Source of the DNA: Octopus vulgaris
Taxonomy: Eukaryota
Length of the DNA stretch: 64,000 bases
Direction: 5' to 3'
Assembly (NCBI GenBank): GCA_951406725.2
Contig: OX597822.1
Span: forward strand, 111,476,001-111,540,000
In this document: positions 38,961 to 52,575 of the stretch, piece after piece
Position numbering within the stretch: the stretch's first letter is position 1
Layout: every line of letters starts with the position of its first letter
Notes under the pieces: generated by a model
The model's input: only the letters and a program-made list of their open reading frames with translations
Database searches by the model: none
What the model was told of the DNA's origin: nothing
Program-made: the position numbers and the translations under genes

Positions 38961-40299
38961 ATCCTTACATGTCATAAATATTGTATGGTTCATTGATTTC
39001 CTGAGATGCAACAATGCAGTTCGCGTTATTTGTTATCTCAAAATATATTCTAATTGAAACTTAATGAACGAATAAGAATCCTGATTCATTATGTATTAAA
39101 ACTTAAAACTATTCGTCTGCAGACATTCAGAATTTATGGCTGCAACGAAATAGAGTACGCTGGAAATTCCACTTGTAGGTGGCACTTCCATTTCTTTCAG
39201 ACTGATATGGAGCCACAAAAGCTATACTTTATTAACCTCCATTACATATGCTAAGTGTAAAATTAAAATATTAGAATGAAAATAATGTAGGTAAAAATTA
39301 TAAATTTCATGTTGAGCGACACACTAAATTTCTACTAACTGGCATTGCCATTGAATTATATATCATATTTTTGTCACATGAATATGCATTTCCAAAAATG
39401 AGAAATTAATTAAGCAAATGGTTCTTTTGAGTCTACCATCTAATAAGATATTTTACAAATTAACTCTAAATTTCATCGACTTCCTAGAAGTTTATGTGAA
39501 TAATATTGATGACAAAATCATTTAAAATATATCACAGTGAAATATATAGTCAGTAGAAAATTCTAGAATATTCGGTTTTATTCTGTATTTAGTAAATCAT
39601 TAGAAAGAAGTGACCTTCATACACGGCTTAGGCATTTCCTACTGGGTTTATCATCGGTTTCAATTTTGGTGAATTCCATGATATTAGATAAGCAATGTTA
39701 TCTTTGTAGGAGGTTTTTGTGATGATGCATTTCTTTTCGATGTTTCAATGAACTAGATTTTATTTCTATGTTAAATCTGATTTCTTTGCACATACTACTC
39801 CATACTATTTCAAGATAACCTACATATTATGGTACATTATTTTGTAATACTGAGTTGCATTTAAATACTGATCTCTATTCTGTTTCGAAAATATTCTTTA
39901 ATTTACAGAAACATCGTGTAATTCATGCAATACAATTTCTTGTAAAGTTTATATATTATCCAGTTAAATTTATCTTTCTACCTAGCTTATAATTTTCACT
40001 TTATCAAATATCGTACCATTATATTTAACGGTTTTGCTGTATTTTACAAATGTATTAAATCATTAAAAATGTAATTCTGCCTTTCGTATCGTGTTCCATA
40101 TGATTTCTTGTTAAGATTGATAGCAAGTAAATTATTCATAGAAGTTTATTACACGTGGGCGTAAGATCTTTTATTTGAGGTATGAATTTAGATATAATTT
40201 TTATCTGTATTTTTCAATTCACAAACTATTTTTCAGTATTTCGAAGCTAATTCTCTTATTTTCCTTTTCCTCTACGATTCAGGCATTCTGCCTCCAACA

Positions 40300-40364
<65 letters not shown>

Positions 40365-41599
40365 TGTATTTTGCCAACAAAGATTTACTCATTGTAATTG
40401 TTTAACGAAGACAGCTTCAAGATTTCACATTTGATTAATTTTTAGACAATGGTTTAACAGTCGTTTTTTTTCTGAATATCCGCCATCACAGATTCCATTC
40501 TGCCGTATATCTCCGCTAATGTCTTTGAAATACCATTATTATCTTAGTTCAACAAACTGTTAAACATTTGTCGAAAGAATTCTCGCTTCTGTGCGTCTAT
40601 TAAAATAATCACTTTTGAATTCTTTTGTAACATCAGTAGAATTTCGGCACCGGCTTGGTTAAGACAACTAATATCTGTTTCGACTGGAAGCTAGAGAAAT
40701 ATTTTTTAAATTATAGTTAACTACAAATTGATGCGATAGTTTCAATGTATTTGAATGTCTCAGTTCTCAAATATCAGAGAAACACATGCATTCAATACCT
40801 TCTAAGATCTCTTGTGAATAATTCAATCTACTTAACCATATTCAATTTCATTTTGGCCAAGTTATTCTTTGTCTCTTTTATTTCTTTTGAAATTTAAATG
40901 AAGACGAATATGAGATGGTTTCTGCAGAGCGGTAATGAGTAGGGATTACTGAAATTAAATATTAGGAGTTAAATCATAATAAGAATTCGGTAAGTATCTA
41001 GTCAGGAAAAGTTTTCTACATTCTACTGTCTTCGTGTTAGCGACACAAAATACGTTCATTTCTCTATTTCATTAAATGAAAATTTAGCAATTAATAGAGG
41101 TGTGCTTATGCCATCAATATATAAAACAAGACATCAGTTTACTAAGTAACAAACTAACGTAGATTAAAATGAGAATTGCCTTATCTACGATAATTCAGCA
41201 CAGCACAACTAGACATACATATTTATTTAGGAACAACTGTGAATTGTTCATGAGATCAAACTTGTTTCCCAAGAAATTCCATAATCTGCCATGTCTGTCA
41301 TAGATTTCAACATATAACACCACAATGTGTTTTGATTTTCTTCATCAGAGACTAAGGTGGAATTTGAGGAAACTTATGTGTTATTTCTATAAAAAGTTGC
41401 AAGTTCGTAATTCTTTATTCTTGATCCGTTCAAGTGTGTTTAACGACGACGTGTTTACTAATTAAGAGGCTAGTTAAATTAATAAACTCTAATACAAAAT
41501 GTAAAGAATTCTAACCTCAAGGTAACTTAAAGTGCTAGTTATGCCTAGATATATGCTACATTTTAGGTCCAGCTGCCTTTTTTACTCTCTTACAATCAA

Positions 41600-41800
41600 T
41601 TACTCAGCAGAATACAATAACGCCACCCCGATTTCGTTCCTTTCTTCAGCAACATACCACCCACCAAACACTGAATAAATCAAATCATTACCACATCTCA
41701 TCACCATAGGTATGAACAGCCCACAACTAGAATTCCTAACACACTTCGAACAATAGCTGTCATTAAGGTGAAAATCTCCCCTAAGGAACAAAAATACAGA
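41600..41800 (-). pseudogene. LINE AP-endonuclease remnant
   Basis: GDFH...VFGG..ERNEIGVALL resembles GDFN..VxGxxGxGxRNxxGxxLL. Confidence 0.4.
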
Positions 41801-42229
41801 GCAATGATTTTGAATATAATTTCTGTTTAGTTTGCTTTTCCACTTGATTTAGACCAAACTTGTCATGGTGAATCCAAGTCTGCAGTAATTTTTCCGTTAT
41901 CAAGCTAATTTTCTTTCTACAGTTTACTCTCTGAATAAGCACAATTGTATTGTTCATCCGTAAGTAATTGGGCTGGTCAGCTGCTTTGATGATTTAACTG
42001 ATTATTTGATATGCATTTTACAATTAGCCCTATCCAATTTGGGGTGCCAGGTTCAAAAACGCCGCTAGAAAATATCTACCACATCATGTTTTTTTGTTAA
42101 ATAGGAATTAATTTTTTACGAAAATAAATCATTCAGTGCAACACTGAAATAAGAAAGTGACACAAACCAAATAATACATTTAATTGTTTAACATAATAAT
42201 ACATGTTATTGTTCATTGTTCTATGCAAA

Positions 42230-42690
42230 ACGTTTAATTGTGTAGTGCTACCGGACCTGAAGCAATACTTTTGCTCGACACCTACACACATACATCCTGC
42301 TCCGTATATTGCACACAAACATGCATAACCCTCTTAGTAACATAGATCTTGTTTTCCCTTCCTCTTTCACCACTATTTTGGTGGATGTTGGTCCACAGTG
42401 GCGGGTGATCTCTTGCCAGCACCACGCAAGCCCACCGAATCATTCATCGCTCTTCTTATATGCATGTCACGCAAAATTATTTATCAGGTCTTGCATTTTA
42501 TCACTACGTTTCTTGCATTTTTCTCAAGAACTCAAACTTTTGGAATTACCTCCCTCCAATTGATTAGACATTAACGGCATTAATATTGCCGATTTCGGAG
42601 AGAGTGCAGAAACCATAGACACAGCTCTTTCCTCTATTCGAAACCAACAAAGCATGATTATTTGACACACCATCGATATGATATCTGCAA
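42230..42690 (-). pseudogene. Possible piggyBac-like C-terminal remnant
   Basis: FCTLSEIGNINA followed by a Cys-rich end (CM..C..EQKYCF). Confidence 0.3.
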
Positions 42691-42951
42691 ATTAAATATA
42701 TGCAATAATATCTTCTAAATATAAGAGTTTTCAAATTTGTATAAAGGTTTATGTTGTGAAGAATAAGGCAAAGTTAATCCTTTGCAAATAAAGCTTGTAC
42801 AGGGATAGAAGAGAGTTTAACGACGATGGGTGTGAGCTCACACCATTATTCTTCCCTCCTGTCTAAGGTTATAGCCATTTATTTCACAGTCTGTAAGGCT
42901 ATTCCTGGCCTGGGCTACACGAACATATAAGTAAGAGTAGACCGTGTAGGT

Positions 42952-43337
42952 GGGGAAGCACTCCGTCGGTTACGACGACGAGAGTTCCGGTTGATCCGAA
43001 TCAACGGAACAGCCTGCTCATGAAATTAACGTGTAAGTGACTGAGCACTCCACAGACACGTGTATCCTTAACGTAGTTCTCGGGGATATTCAGCGTGACA
43101 CAGAGAGTGACAAGGCCGGCCCTTTGAAATACAGGTACAACAGAAACAGGAAGTAAGAGTGAGAGAAAGTTGTGGTGAAAGAGTACAGCAGGGATCACCA
43201 CCATCCCCTGCCGGAGCATCGTGGAGCTTAAGGTATTTTCGCTCAATAAACACTCACAAGGCCCGGTCTGGGAATCGAAACCGCGATCCTGCGACCGCGA
43301 GTCCGGTGCCCTAACTACTGGGCCATTGCGCCTCCAC
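42952..43337 (-). mobile_element. SINE family C, full length, 11 bp TSD
   Basis: TSD ACCGTGTAGGT at 42941-42951 and 43338-43348; near-identical to 18007-18395. Confidence 0.93.
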
Positions 43338-44158
43338 ACCGTGTAGGTATAGAATGACACAACTAATCTACCACTTGAGATTCAAAAGCATTATGGTCTG
43401 ACTATTTATCCGCTCACATAGATTACATTTCTCAATGGAGAATACTGTAAAGTACCTTTGATAATAATCTAGTATCAACTGGAATAGTTACAATGATATA
43501 ATCTCAATCTACAGCCATGAATATTTTGAATAATCAATACATAAGCAATAATCAAAATTGATACATTTTTACCTATCGCGGCTGATAAATATTTGAAAGA
43601 CTTACTGAATGTAAAGAGACTATTTATGGTTTGCGCAAAAACCTACATGAAAGGAAACTATTTCAACTAGAAAAGATAACTCATCTAAAATTATTTAGAG
43701 TTCGGTCTCAAGATATAATGTTAAGTACATGTAAAGTATTTAGTATGTCTTCATTATTACTGTTGATCAAACTCTGTTTAGCCATGACAATTATGAATAT
43801 ATTATTTTATGGTTAGATATTTATTTTGTAACACATTATGATTTCGAGGTATATTTTCTTGAACACAATGCATTGGAAATAATATGCGATATCATATAAA
43901 TGATTATATATTCGTTGGCTAAGTGTTTGTGAAACATTATGTCAAAAATAGTGATTATTTCGAAGCAGTTTCTTAACCATGAGAGAAAGAGAGAGAGGGG
44001 GGAGAGGGACAGAGAATCAACAGTTAAGATCCAGAGATGATCAATATATCAAACACGTAATAGTGATCGAATGATCTATATGTTTATACATGAAAATTCA
44101 TCTTTTCAGTATTTTCAGTTTCTTCTCTATGTATATGTAAATGCCTACAAATATTTAC

Positions 44159-44213
<55 letters not shown>

Positions 44214-44261
44214 AATAAATGAAAGAATGGAGCTGAACGACGAATTAGCAAAATTCCTTTA

Positions 44262-44344
44262 TTTTCGACATATGTTTCGAAGGCTGCATATTCCTAATTT
44301 CGAAGGAATAAGGGGTGCATTATGCCGCCTTCTCATCAGGAAAA
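44262..44344 (-). ncRNA. Type I hammerhead ribozyme, canonical core, extended stem II
   Basis: Minus: TTTTC-CTGATGA-GAAGGC...GCCTTC-GAAAC-ATAT-GTC-GAAAA; inner pairs GCAT/ATGC and ATTCCT/AGGAAT. Confidence 0.88.
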
Positions 44345-44510
44345 ACAAGGAACTTATGTCAGCATCAAGATGCACAAAAACTTTTAGATGACTGCCCACA
44401 CGGAGCCCATAGCGATGTATGTTTTTATATAAAATCCCAATCGTGCTTATTTACATCATCATCAGCATCTCTCTATCTCTCTCTCTATCTCATATATATA
44501 TATATATATA

Positions 44511-44745
44511 CAGACATGCAGGAAGTAAATAGACACCTTTAATTTTCAAAATCTTTTATTTAATACGCAAAGCGAACAATTGAAATGTAATCAATAGGTA
44601 GGACTACATACTTTAGCTGACATAACCTCTGCAGTTTTTAATTCAGAAACTATTTTTGCCATTGAACTGATGAGCTTTTGTGATTGTGTCTTGTGGAATT
44701 TCTACCCAATTTTTCAAGCAACAATCGAAACAATTCATCTTTTGA
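44511..44745 (-). mobile_element. Tc1-like transposon 3' end
   Basis: TA|CAG..GAAGTAAATAGACACC TIR-like end; WVEIPQDTI...ISSM-like C-terminal peptide. Confidence 0.5.
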
Positions 44746-44759
44746 TTTATGTTTCTGTC

Positions 44760-46255
44760 CAGTGTTTCGGGAAGTGAAAAAGTCCTTGACGTTTCGAGCC
44801 TACGCTCTCCCACAGAAAAGAACACAGAAAGAATCAGGAGGAGAAAATAAAAAATGTATAGTGGCTAGCGATCTATCATAGCGAATGGCGGACAGATGGT
44901 TCACACAGGAGAGCTCGGAAGAAGGGGAGATAATAATATAGTGGTGATCCCAAAACAAAGGTACGTGTGCGTGTGCATAAGAGAGCATTTACGCGCGTGT
45001 GGAAGAGGGCTGGTGACTTTGGCGTGTGCGTGTGTAGGTGTGTGGATAATGGTGGGGGTGCTGGGAAGAGGTCAGTGCTAATGTTGCGTGTTGGTGTGTG
45101 GTGTGGTGCTGTATGTTGTAGTCATGTGTGGGGGTGTGGTGGTGTTGGTATGTGGGGAAGGCGAGAGTGGGGAAAGTAAGGGTGGGGTGTGTGTTAGGCT
45201 CAGGGTGCGAGACTGGGGTGTCATCACCGAGACGGATGTCTTGGAGGAGTTTCGCGAACTGGTCAGCCAAGCGGCATCCCGACTACCCAATGTATAGAGA
45301 AGGGCAGAGAGAGTAGGAGATACAGTAGATGACATTGCGAGAAGTGCAGATGAAAGAGTCGGTGATATGATAGGGTCGATGATTGGTGCCGGTGAGGAGG
45401 GTGGTGATGGAAAGGTAAGGTCAAGTGCGACAGCATGGGCGTGAACAGGGAAACAAGTCGGGTTGGGGGGCTGGGTTAGGGAAAAAGTTACGACCAAGAG
45501 GTATCGTAGGTTGTGGGCTCGTTTGAAGAAGGGGAGGGGTCAGTTAGAGAAGATGTGCGAAGTGGAGGGCGCCGGACTGGAGTCGCCGGAAGGCTCGGAG
45601 AATGGTGCGCTGGAGAGATAGGATGGTAGGGCGGTAGGTGAGAGGAAACGGGAGACGGGAGATGGCAGGGCTGGTGCGGGGTAAGAGAGCAGATGCACGG
45701 TCCACGGAACGTGCTTTGGCAAGGGCGATGTGGATAGTGGTGAGGGGATATATGCACGTAGGATGAAGTGGTGAGCCATGAATTGAAACTGAGTCTCAAA
45801 ATCATGGTCGTCACTGCAGAGCCTGCGTAGACGATAGATGAAGGAATTGGGAATAGGAGATGGAGAGCTTGGTGTGTTTAGGGTGGGAGGCGGAGAAGTT
45901 CAGGTATGAGTGTGAGTCTGTGTGTTTGTAGTGGATGGAGGTGGTTAGAGAACAGTGATGAATGCTGACCGAAATGTCAAGGAAGGAGACAGAAGTGTCA
46001 GAGATAGTGCAGGAGAAGTGGAGGGCAGGATGGACATATTTGACAAAAGATAAGAAGGAGTCTAGATGTTCGAGGGAGAGTGAGGTCAAAATAACGAACG
46101 TACTGTTCTGGAGGGCGGCTAGTGAAACTTGAGAATATTTGAACCTCAAAATAGCCAAAGAACAGGTTCGCATATTTGGGGCCCATTCTCGTTCCTATGG
46201 CCTCTCCCGTGAATTGCAAGTAAAAGTCACCAGTGAACAAGAAGCAGTGGAGAAC
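44760..46255 (-). mobile_element. Decayed Penelope-like retroelement: RT, GIY-YIG, CA-rich 3' region and family G HHR terminus
   Basis: FLFTGDFYLQFTGEAIGTRMGPKYANLFFGYFE..YVRYFD; VSFLDISV..TTSIHYKHTDSHSYLNFSASHP; NVIYCIS..CPSLYIG*SGCRLADQFAKLL at ~45210-45350; HHR-like motif at ~44783-44817. Confidence 0.9.
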
Positions 46256-47107
46256 ACATACATATATATATTTATACATATATATATACATATATATCCC
46301 TCAACGGAATGTCGATGATACAGTTAATTCTAGAAAATTTTTCTCCCCTTGTAGTCCATAATTCGATTCATAGCTTCTAACAATGATACTGCAGCATATA
46401 TTGTTATGTTGATATCTGTGAATATGTTTCTATTTATCTAAAACAGGACGCAAATTTCGTCACACATTTCCCTTCTTCCTCGTATGGTTCTTTGATATCG
46501 ATACAATATTTATGTTTAACATAATCTCTAAACAAATATATCAAACTTATTTACGACTCATTCTTTCAAATGAGGTTCGGTTGTAAATCGCACACCAGTC
46601 TTGAAGTGATAAAGTTCTCTCCTATAATATTCATGAATGGATAACATAGGATATCGATATGTTTGGTTATACTGATAGTCACCAAATGAATAATTAATTT
46701 AGACATCAGAAAGAGTATAATGTAATGTAATATCGTTATCGACGGCAATAGAATAGGAAAAAAAAAAGAACAATTGGAATATCGTACTATTCCGGTTGCT
46801 TTCTGAAATCGTGTATTATGTATATCAAAATCTAAATGAGTATTGCCACAGAATGAATGAGACGTGCGAAAACTTTAGCTACAGATAAAAAAATATGCTG
46901 TTTGTTCACATACAAACATTGGTGCACGCAAATATACACACACACATACTTTTCTGTTTATGCCTTATTTACGCTATATATATATATATATGTGTGTGTG
47001 GGTGCGTGTCTGTGTGTGTGTGTAGTGTGTGTATGTGTGTGTGTATGTGTGTGTGTGTGCGTGTGTGTGTGTATATATAGTATGTATGTATATATATATA
47101 TATATAT

Positions 47108-47443
47108 AAAGGGTAAAGACCCCCTTCGGTCATGAATGACCATGGGATTGCACCTAGAAAGTTACCCTCCTAGACACAAGTCCGGGCAAGGTTGTTTACG
47201 GAAGACCAGCAGTCGCCCATGCATACCAGCCTCCCCTCTCCACGCCACCAGTGTTAACCAAGGGAAAGACAAAGGTCAATACAGCTTGGCACCAGTGACG
47301 TCGCAACTCATTTCTACAGCTGAGTGAACTGGAGCAACGTGAAATAAAGTGCCTTGCTCGAGAACACAACACGCAGCCCGGTCCGGGATTCGAGCTCACA
47401 ACCTCATGATCGTAAGCTCGACGCTCTACCACTGAGCCATGCG
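47108..47443 (-). mobile_element. SINE family E, near full length, in (TA)n
   Basis: Near-identical to 11761-12090. Confidence 0.9.
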
Positions 47444-47525
47444 ATATATATATATATATCAGACGCCATGATAGATCGTTAGCCACTACACACATTTTTT
47501 TCTCTCCTTGTTTTTTCTGTGTCCC

Positions 47526-47559
47526 TTTCTGTAGAAGAGCGTACGCTCGAAACGTAAAA
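47526..47559 (+). ncRNA. HHR-like motif, family G (CUGUNGA core), within terminus 47461-47655
   Basis: TTT-CTGTAGA-A-GAGC(GTAC)GCTC-GAAAC-GTA-AAA. Confidence 0.6.
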
Positions 47560-47650
47560 TACTTTTTCTATTCCTGAGCGTTATACTAATACATCTGTTT
47601 GTTTTGTACACCACGTGTCTTCGTCTTTTGTTTTTTTCGTAAAATTTCCC

Positions 47651-47690
<40 letters not shown>

Positions 47691-47786
47691 TAATCCAAAC
47701 AAGAAAACACAAAAAAACACAACAACGCGAGGACGTGGAATAAATATAGTATTATTGGACGCTCAGGAAAGAAGGGAAGAAGTAGG

Positions 47787-47821
47787 GTTTAACGTTTCGA
47801 GCGGAGCTCTTCGTCGGAAAC
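47787..47821 (-). ncRNA. Minimal HHR, family H (CCGACGA core), within terminus 47686-48120
   Basis: Minus: GTTT-CCGACGA-A-GAGC(TCC)GCTC-GAAAC-GTT-AAAC. Confidence 0.72.
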
Positions 47822-48141
47822 ATAGGAGAAGGAAAGATGCAAAGAAGGGAAGACAGAGGGAAAAATTCGCCAACGGTACACACGAGGTCACATTTTGAAA
47901 GACCGGAAGGAGAAAGGGTGAAGAAAGATGTTTTCAAAGACAGAAGAGTAGAATGGTCAAAGACAAGCGAATGTAGGAGGGGGAATGTGTGTGTAAGTGT
48001 GGATTTGTACGTGCGCAGAGGTCTGCGTGTGCGTGTGTGTGTATGTGTGCAATGATGACATTTGTGTGTGTGTGTGCGCGTGTGTGTGTATGTGTGTGTG
48101 GTTGTAGCTGTAAACAACAGGCTGGAGTGGTGTTTTGTCTC

Positions 48142-48444
48142 TATATAAGAATTTTTTGCGTAATAAGATAAAAAAAACCAAGGCTATATAGATATTTGAG
48201 TATTTATAGATAGGTCTTACAGCTGTTTCTATGATATTTATTAATTATATCCCTTCATCGGAGACGGTGTGAAAGGATGGTTAAGTCGTAGTTAGTTTAG
48301 ATGTGATACAAAATAGAGACTGAGGTGGAGGAAGGGATATAATTAATAAATATCCTCGAAACAGCTGTAGGACCTATCTATAAATGCTCTAATATCTATA
48401 CAGCCTTGGTTTTTTTATCTTATTACGCTAAAAATTCTTATATA
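48142..48444. mobile_element. Inverted dimer of a PLE-type terminus (~115 bp arms, ~74 bp spacer)
   Basis: 48142-48256 is the reverse complement of 48331-48444 with several mismatches. Confidence 0.85.
48214..48265 (-). ncRNA. Minimal HHR (CCGAUGA core)
   Basis: Minus: GTCT-CCGATGA-AGGGATAT..ATATCATA-GAAAC-AGCT-GTA-AGAC; palindromic stem III ACAGCTGT. Confidence 0.7.
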
Positions 48445-48629
48445 CACACACTGACATAGAACCGACGTTGAACCCCTTATTAGCAAAATTACTGAATCTG
48501 GAACTTAACTATGGTCTGTCTATAGCACTTATTCTGCATTACCTAACACCTGTGGGTCTCAATGACACCATTGGGTCTCTATGACACTCTTATAACCTCA
48601 ACTTCTCGCTATGTATATATATATATATA

Positions 48630-49745
48630 TTACAATGGAAAATGTCCTATGAATCATTGTGTTGAATATATTGTATATGCGAAATAGATGCAAGGTAACT
48701 CACAAGACAACAAATATATGAATTAATGTAGACTTATCTTGCATTGAATATTTCGGGATATCGGGGTTCTGACACAATTTTCAAGAAATTAAGGAATGTT
48801 GCCGATGTGCGTGTGTGTGAGCGTGTGTGGAGTGGACATACACAGAAAGGTAACTCTCTGGTAACTCTCTTCTGTTTTGATATTTGGCTTCCTTTGATGT
48901 ATGAGGATATCATCGGAGATTTTACGATTGTCCCTGTTCCGCTATGCTGTCCTGGTATTCACTGTGAATACCCGGATCTGGCATTTCCGGAAGTGTCTGC
49001 ACTTTTCGAACTGCGCCATCAATGATCCTGAAATGTGCCAGCGGACCTATGCTGTATACGAGCACATGTGTGGCACATGTGGCGCACCCTACATAGGAAG
49101 CACAACAAGAAAACTGCATATACGCATAAAGGAACACATGCAGATACACACATCCGTGAAGAAACTTCTGCGGAAATGCCAGACCCAGGAATCCACTGCA
49201 CATCGGGGCAAAACACGGGAACAGAGGCAATCTTAGAATCTCCGAGGCCATCCTCATACATAAAAGGAAACCAAATATCAACAACAGATAAGAGTTACAG
49301 GAAGCAATTCTGAGCTATTTTTCATTATTTTTTCTAAAAATACTAGTAAACACGGTTATAGAACGAGCATACAGATGTAAGCATTGGCAGAAACATACTT
49401 TTAGTGCATATAAGTAGTCTCTATCATTATATATAGTTTAGACTTTAATTTCTTTTATATTTAACATTAACTATTAATATCCCTACTCTTTCTGTTAGCT
49501 ACTTATGACGTTATATCATATAACGTTTTTTTAAACAATATTAATAGCGTTCTGTCTATCGCTATACGAATCCATCATTTTTTGCTAAAATGTCGTATTG
49601 ACAAGTTTCGTTTTTTCACTTTCCCGAAGAGAAGATTGCATTGTTTATACCTTTTATTCTTTTGAATAAGTATCAGTGGAATTTTCGAAACATATGTAGA
49701 AAGTAAAAATACTTGTTTAAACCTGCGTTAACTCCATTTTTTTCA

Positions 49746-49750
<5 letters not shown>
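48630..49750. mobile_element. Back-to-back PLE 3' ends, each with GIY-YIG C-terminus then HHR then (TA)n
   Basis: Plus: YAVYEHMCGTCGAPYIGSTTRKLHIRIKEH and LRISEAILIHKRKPNIN; ~48860-48998 is a diverged inverted copy of ~49165-49300; decayed TTGAAAA-type HHR at 48743-48790 (-). Confidence 0.8.
49618..49704 (+). ncRNA. Type I HHR (CCGAAGA core), extended stem II
   Basis: ACTTTC-CCGAAGA-GAAGATT...AATTTTC-GAAAC-ATAT-GTA-GAAAGT; inner TTATTC(TTTT)GAATAA. Confidence 0.8.
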
Positions 49751-49833
<83 letters not shown>

Positions 49834-50900
49834 TGTATTTATATAACTAGAGGTAGATATAAATATATATAAATATGTATAGAGCACGTAATATATGAAC
49901 ACAGAACTTTGTCCCCGAAAACTTAGAGAATTCTGTGCTCATCACCTTGCTAACTAAAATTCAATCCTATATGCGTGACATCGAAAATTCTCCTGTGGAG
50001 ATATATAACTTATATTTTTAACTTGGAATCAGGCTGAAGAGTTAATGTATCTGTAAATAGAAAATACATCTTCCGATATTATGACAGTCACAGAAGAAAA
50101 AAAATGTTGATTATTTATTTCTGCATACCGAGTCTTATATTCTATTCACAATTACGGTAATAAAAGCGTGGGTGAGGTGTTACAGAATCGGACAAAATGT
50201 TTAGCATTTATCATTTGGACATTTTCTGTGCTCAAATGATGAATTCACATCATAATGTGGTAAAGTTCAATTTTCATCTATTCAGAAGCGATAAGAAATA
50301 TAAGGATTCCAGTTCCACAGAAGAGCTTTTCTTTCTCTCTTTCCCAATGTCTCCGAATTACTTAGATATGCCAAGTCATGTAAAAAAAAAAAGAAAGAAA
50401 GAAGAAAACGCGAAACTGGAGAGTGAAAGAGACGTCTTTGTATTCTCCCAAGAAAGTTCCATGCTATGTATTTGGTGGTTGTCAAAGTAGTTAGGAAGAG
50501 ACGTCAATAGTTTAGCAATTTCTGTTATGGTAAGTACAATACAGTCATCCTCTACGTAAAGTTATATTAAGTGAATTTATATTCGAGCTCATGAATAGCA
50601 CACTTACTCACTGTTGATATACACTTGAGTTACAAGATACTATGATTAGATCCAGTTTATCTTATTTTGTTATCAAGTTTTAAAGAAATAGAATTTGTTT
50701 GTCCTAGGGAGAAAATCTATCATTTACGCAGAACTGCACGTGCTACTTTCCTATTCCTGCAGAGATGTCGATTATTTATTCTGATATGTATAACTTCCTC
50801 TGTGATGTAGCTTGAGGGCTGATGAATCATACAATAAAGAAACCAGACACTCGGTCTAGAGAATAAAATAGCGTCGCTTTATTAATATATGTTTGTTGAT

Positions 50901-50944
<44 letters not shown>

Positions 50945-51100
50945 GTATGTGAGTATATTTAATATGTATATGTGTGTAGATATATAGGTTTATATACATA
51001 TATTATATAGATAAATCATATATATATTTCGTATATAGTAAATACATTTTGTATACGATATGCACACACACATAAATGCATACATAACTATGTATATATC

Positions 51101-51172
<72 letters not shown>

Positions 51173-51485
51173 CATACATGCAAAGTAAGCCTACGCTAAA
51201 TTGAACTTAATAACCCACAATAAATAGTGCATTTTTTGAGAAACTTAATCAGTAGTAAATATATCTTGGTTTGAAAAAAAAAAAAGACTTATGCAGGTTT
51301 TTTTTCTGCATACCTCATGGCTCATTGGCTACTCATTAGTAGATATAATCCATTCAAAATGTTATTACTTTCGCTATGTATATAGGTTAATAGGTTTTTT
51401 TAATAGTTTTATTGCTATTAGTTTCATTACATACATATATATATATATATGAATATATATTTATGTATGTGTATATATATGTTTG

Positions 51486-51566
<81 letters not shown>

Positions 51567-51810
51567 GTATATATATGTAAATATATCTCTCTATCTCTCT
51601 ATGACTCTATATATCTATCTATTTATTTATTTATCTATCTATCTGTATATATATATATATATTCGAACCAAAAAGAAAGGACAGTCTTGGTCAAACACCG
51701 GTCACGTGGGGAGAGAAGAGAGTGCGGTAGAGTCAGAGTGATAGAAGAATTAGATATATGTATATATTTATGTGTGTGTATTTGTTTCTGTGTTTGTTCC
51801 CCCACCATCT

Positions 51811-52240
51811 CTGAAGAAGACTTCTCCTAGCAAATAATTTTATTTGCTAAAAAATGTCTGAAACTATTAATCCATTGGTCCAGGAGTAAGATGGTAACTG
51901 TTTTTACTTTTCATTCTCTTCGAAAATGTATCCCTAATATTGTTTTGGAAATTAACTGTCCTCTCTAAGAGGCATTCTCTTATGTGTTCAAATGTACACT
52001 GTATTTATATGAATAATATATAGTCTCTTGACTAAATTTTTACACGCTAGGCCATTGGTAATAGAAATTTCAAATATTTCTGTTTACCCTTTGATGTTAT
52101 TAATTATTGATAATTTTTCTGGATAATTTTCGATTTGAAAAGCAGGCATTTTATTTACTGCCGTCAAGGAGGTGCGTTTGCGAGGTAGATTTGATAAAAT
52201 TAGAATGTCTAAAAATGGGGCATATACAGGATTGCCTCAT

Positions 52241-52275
<35 letters not shown>

Positions 52276-52575
52276 TCTAATGTGTACCTGCTGAAGAAGA
52301 CTTCGCCTAACAAATTAATTTATTTGCTAAAAATGTCTGAAACCATTGGTCCAGGTGTTAGATGGTAAATGTTTTAATTTTTTATATCCCTAATAGCGGT
52401 TCGGAATTTAACTGTCCTCTCTATTTACAAGGATTCTTTGATGGATGCATCTAATGTTTTCAAATGTACACTGTATTTATATGAATAATATATAGTCTCT
52501 TGACTAAATTTTTACACGGTAGGCCACTGGTAATGGAAATTTCAAATGTTTCAGATTACCCTTTGATATATTAAT

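Noticed and set aside
45078-45814. GC-richer Pro/Ser-rich ORFs as a host gene
   Set aside because: Alternative frames of the decayed PLE linker and endonuclease
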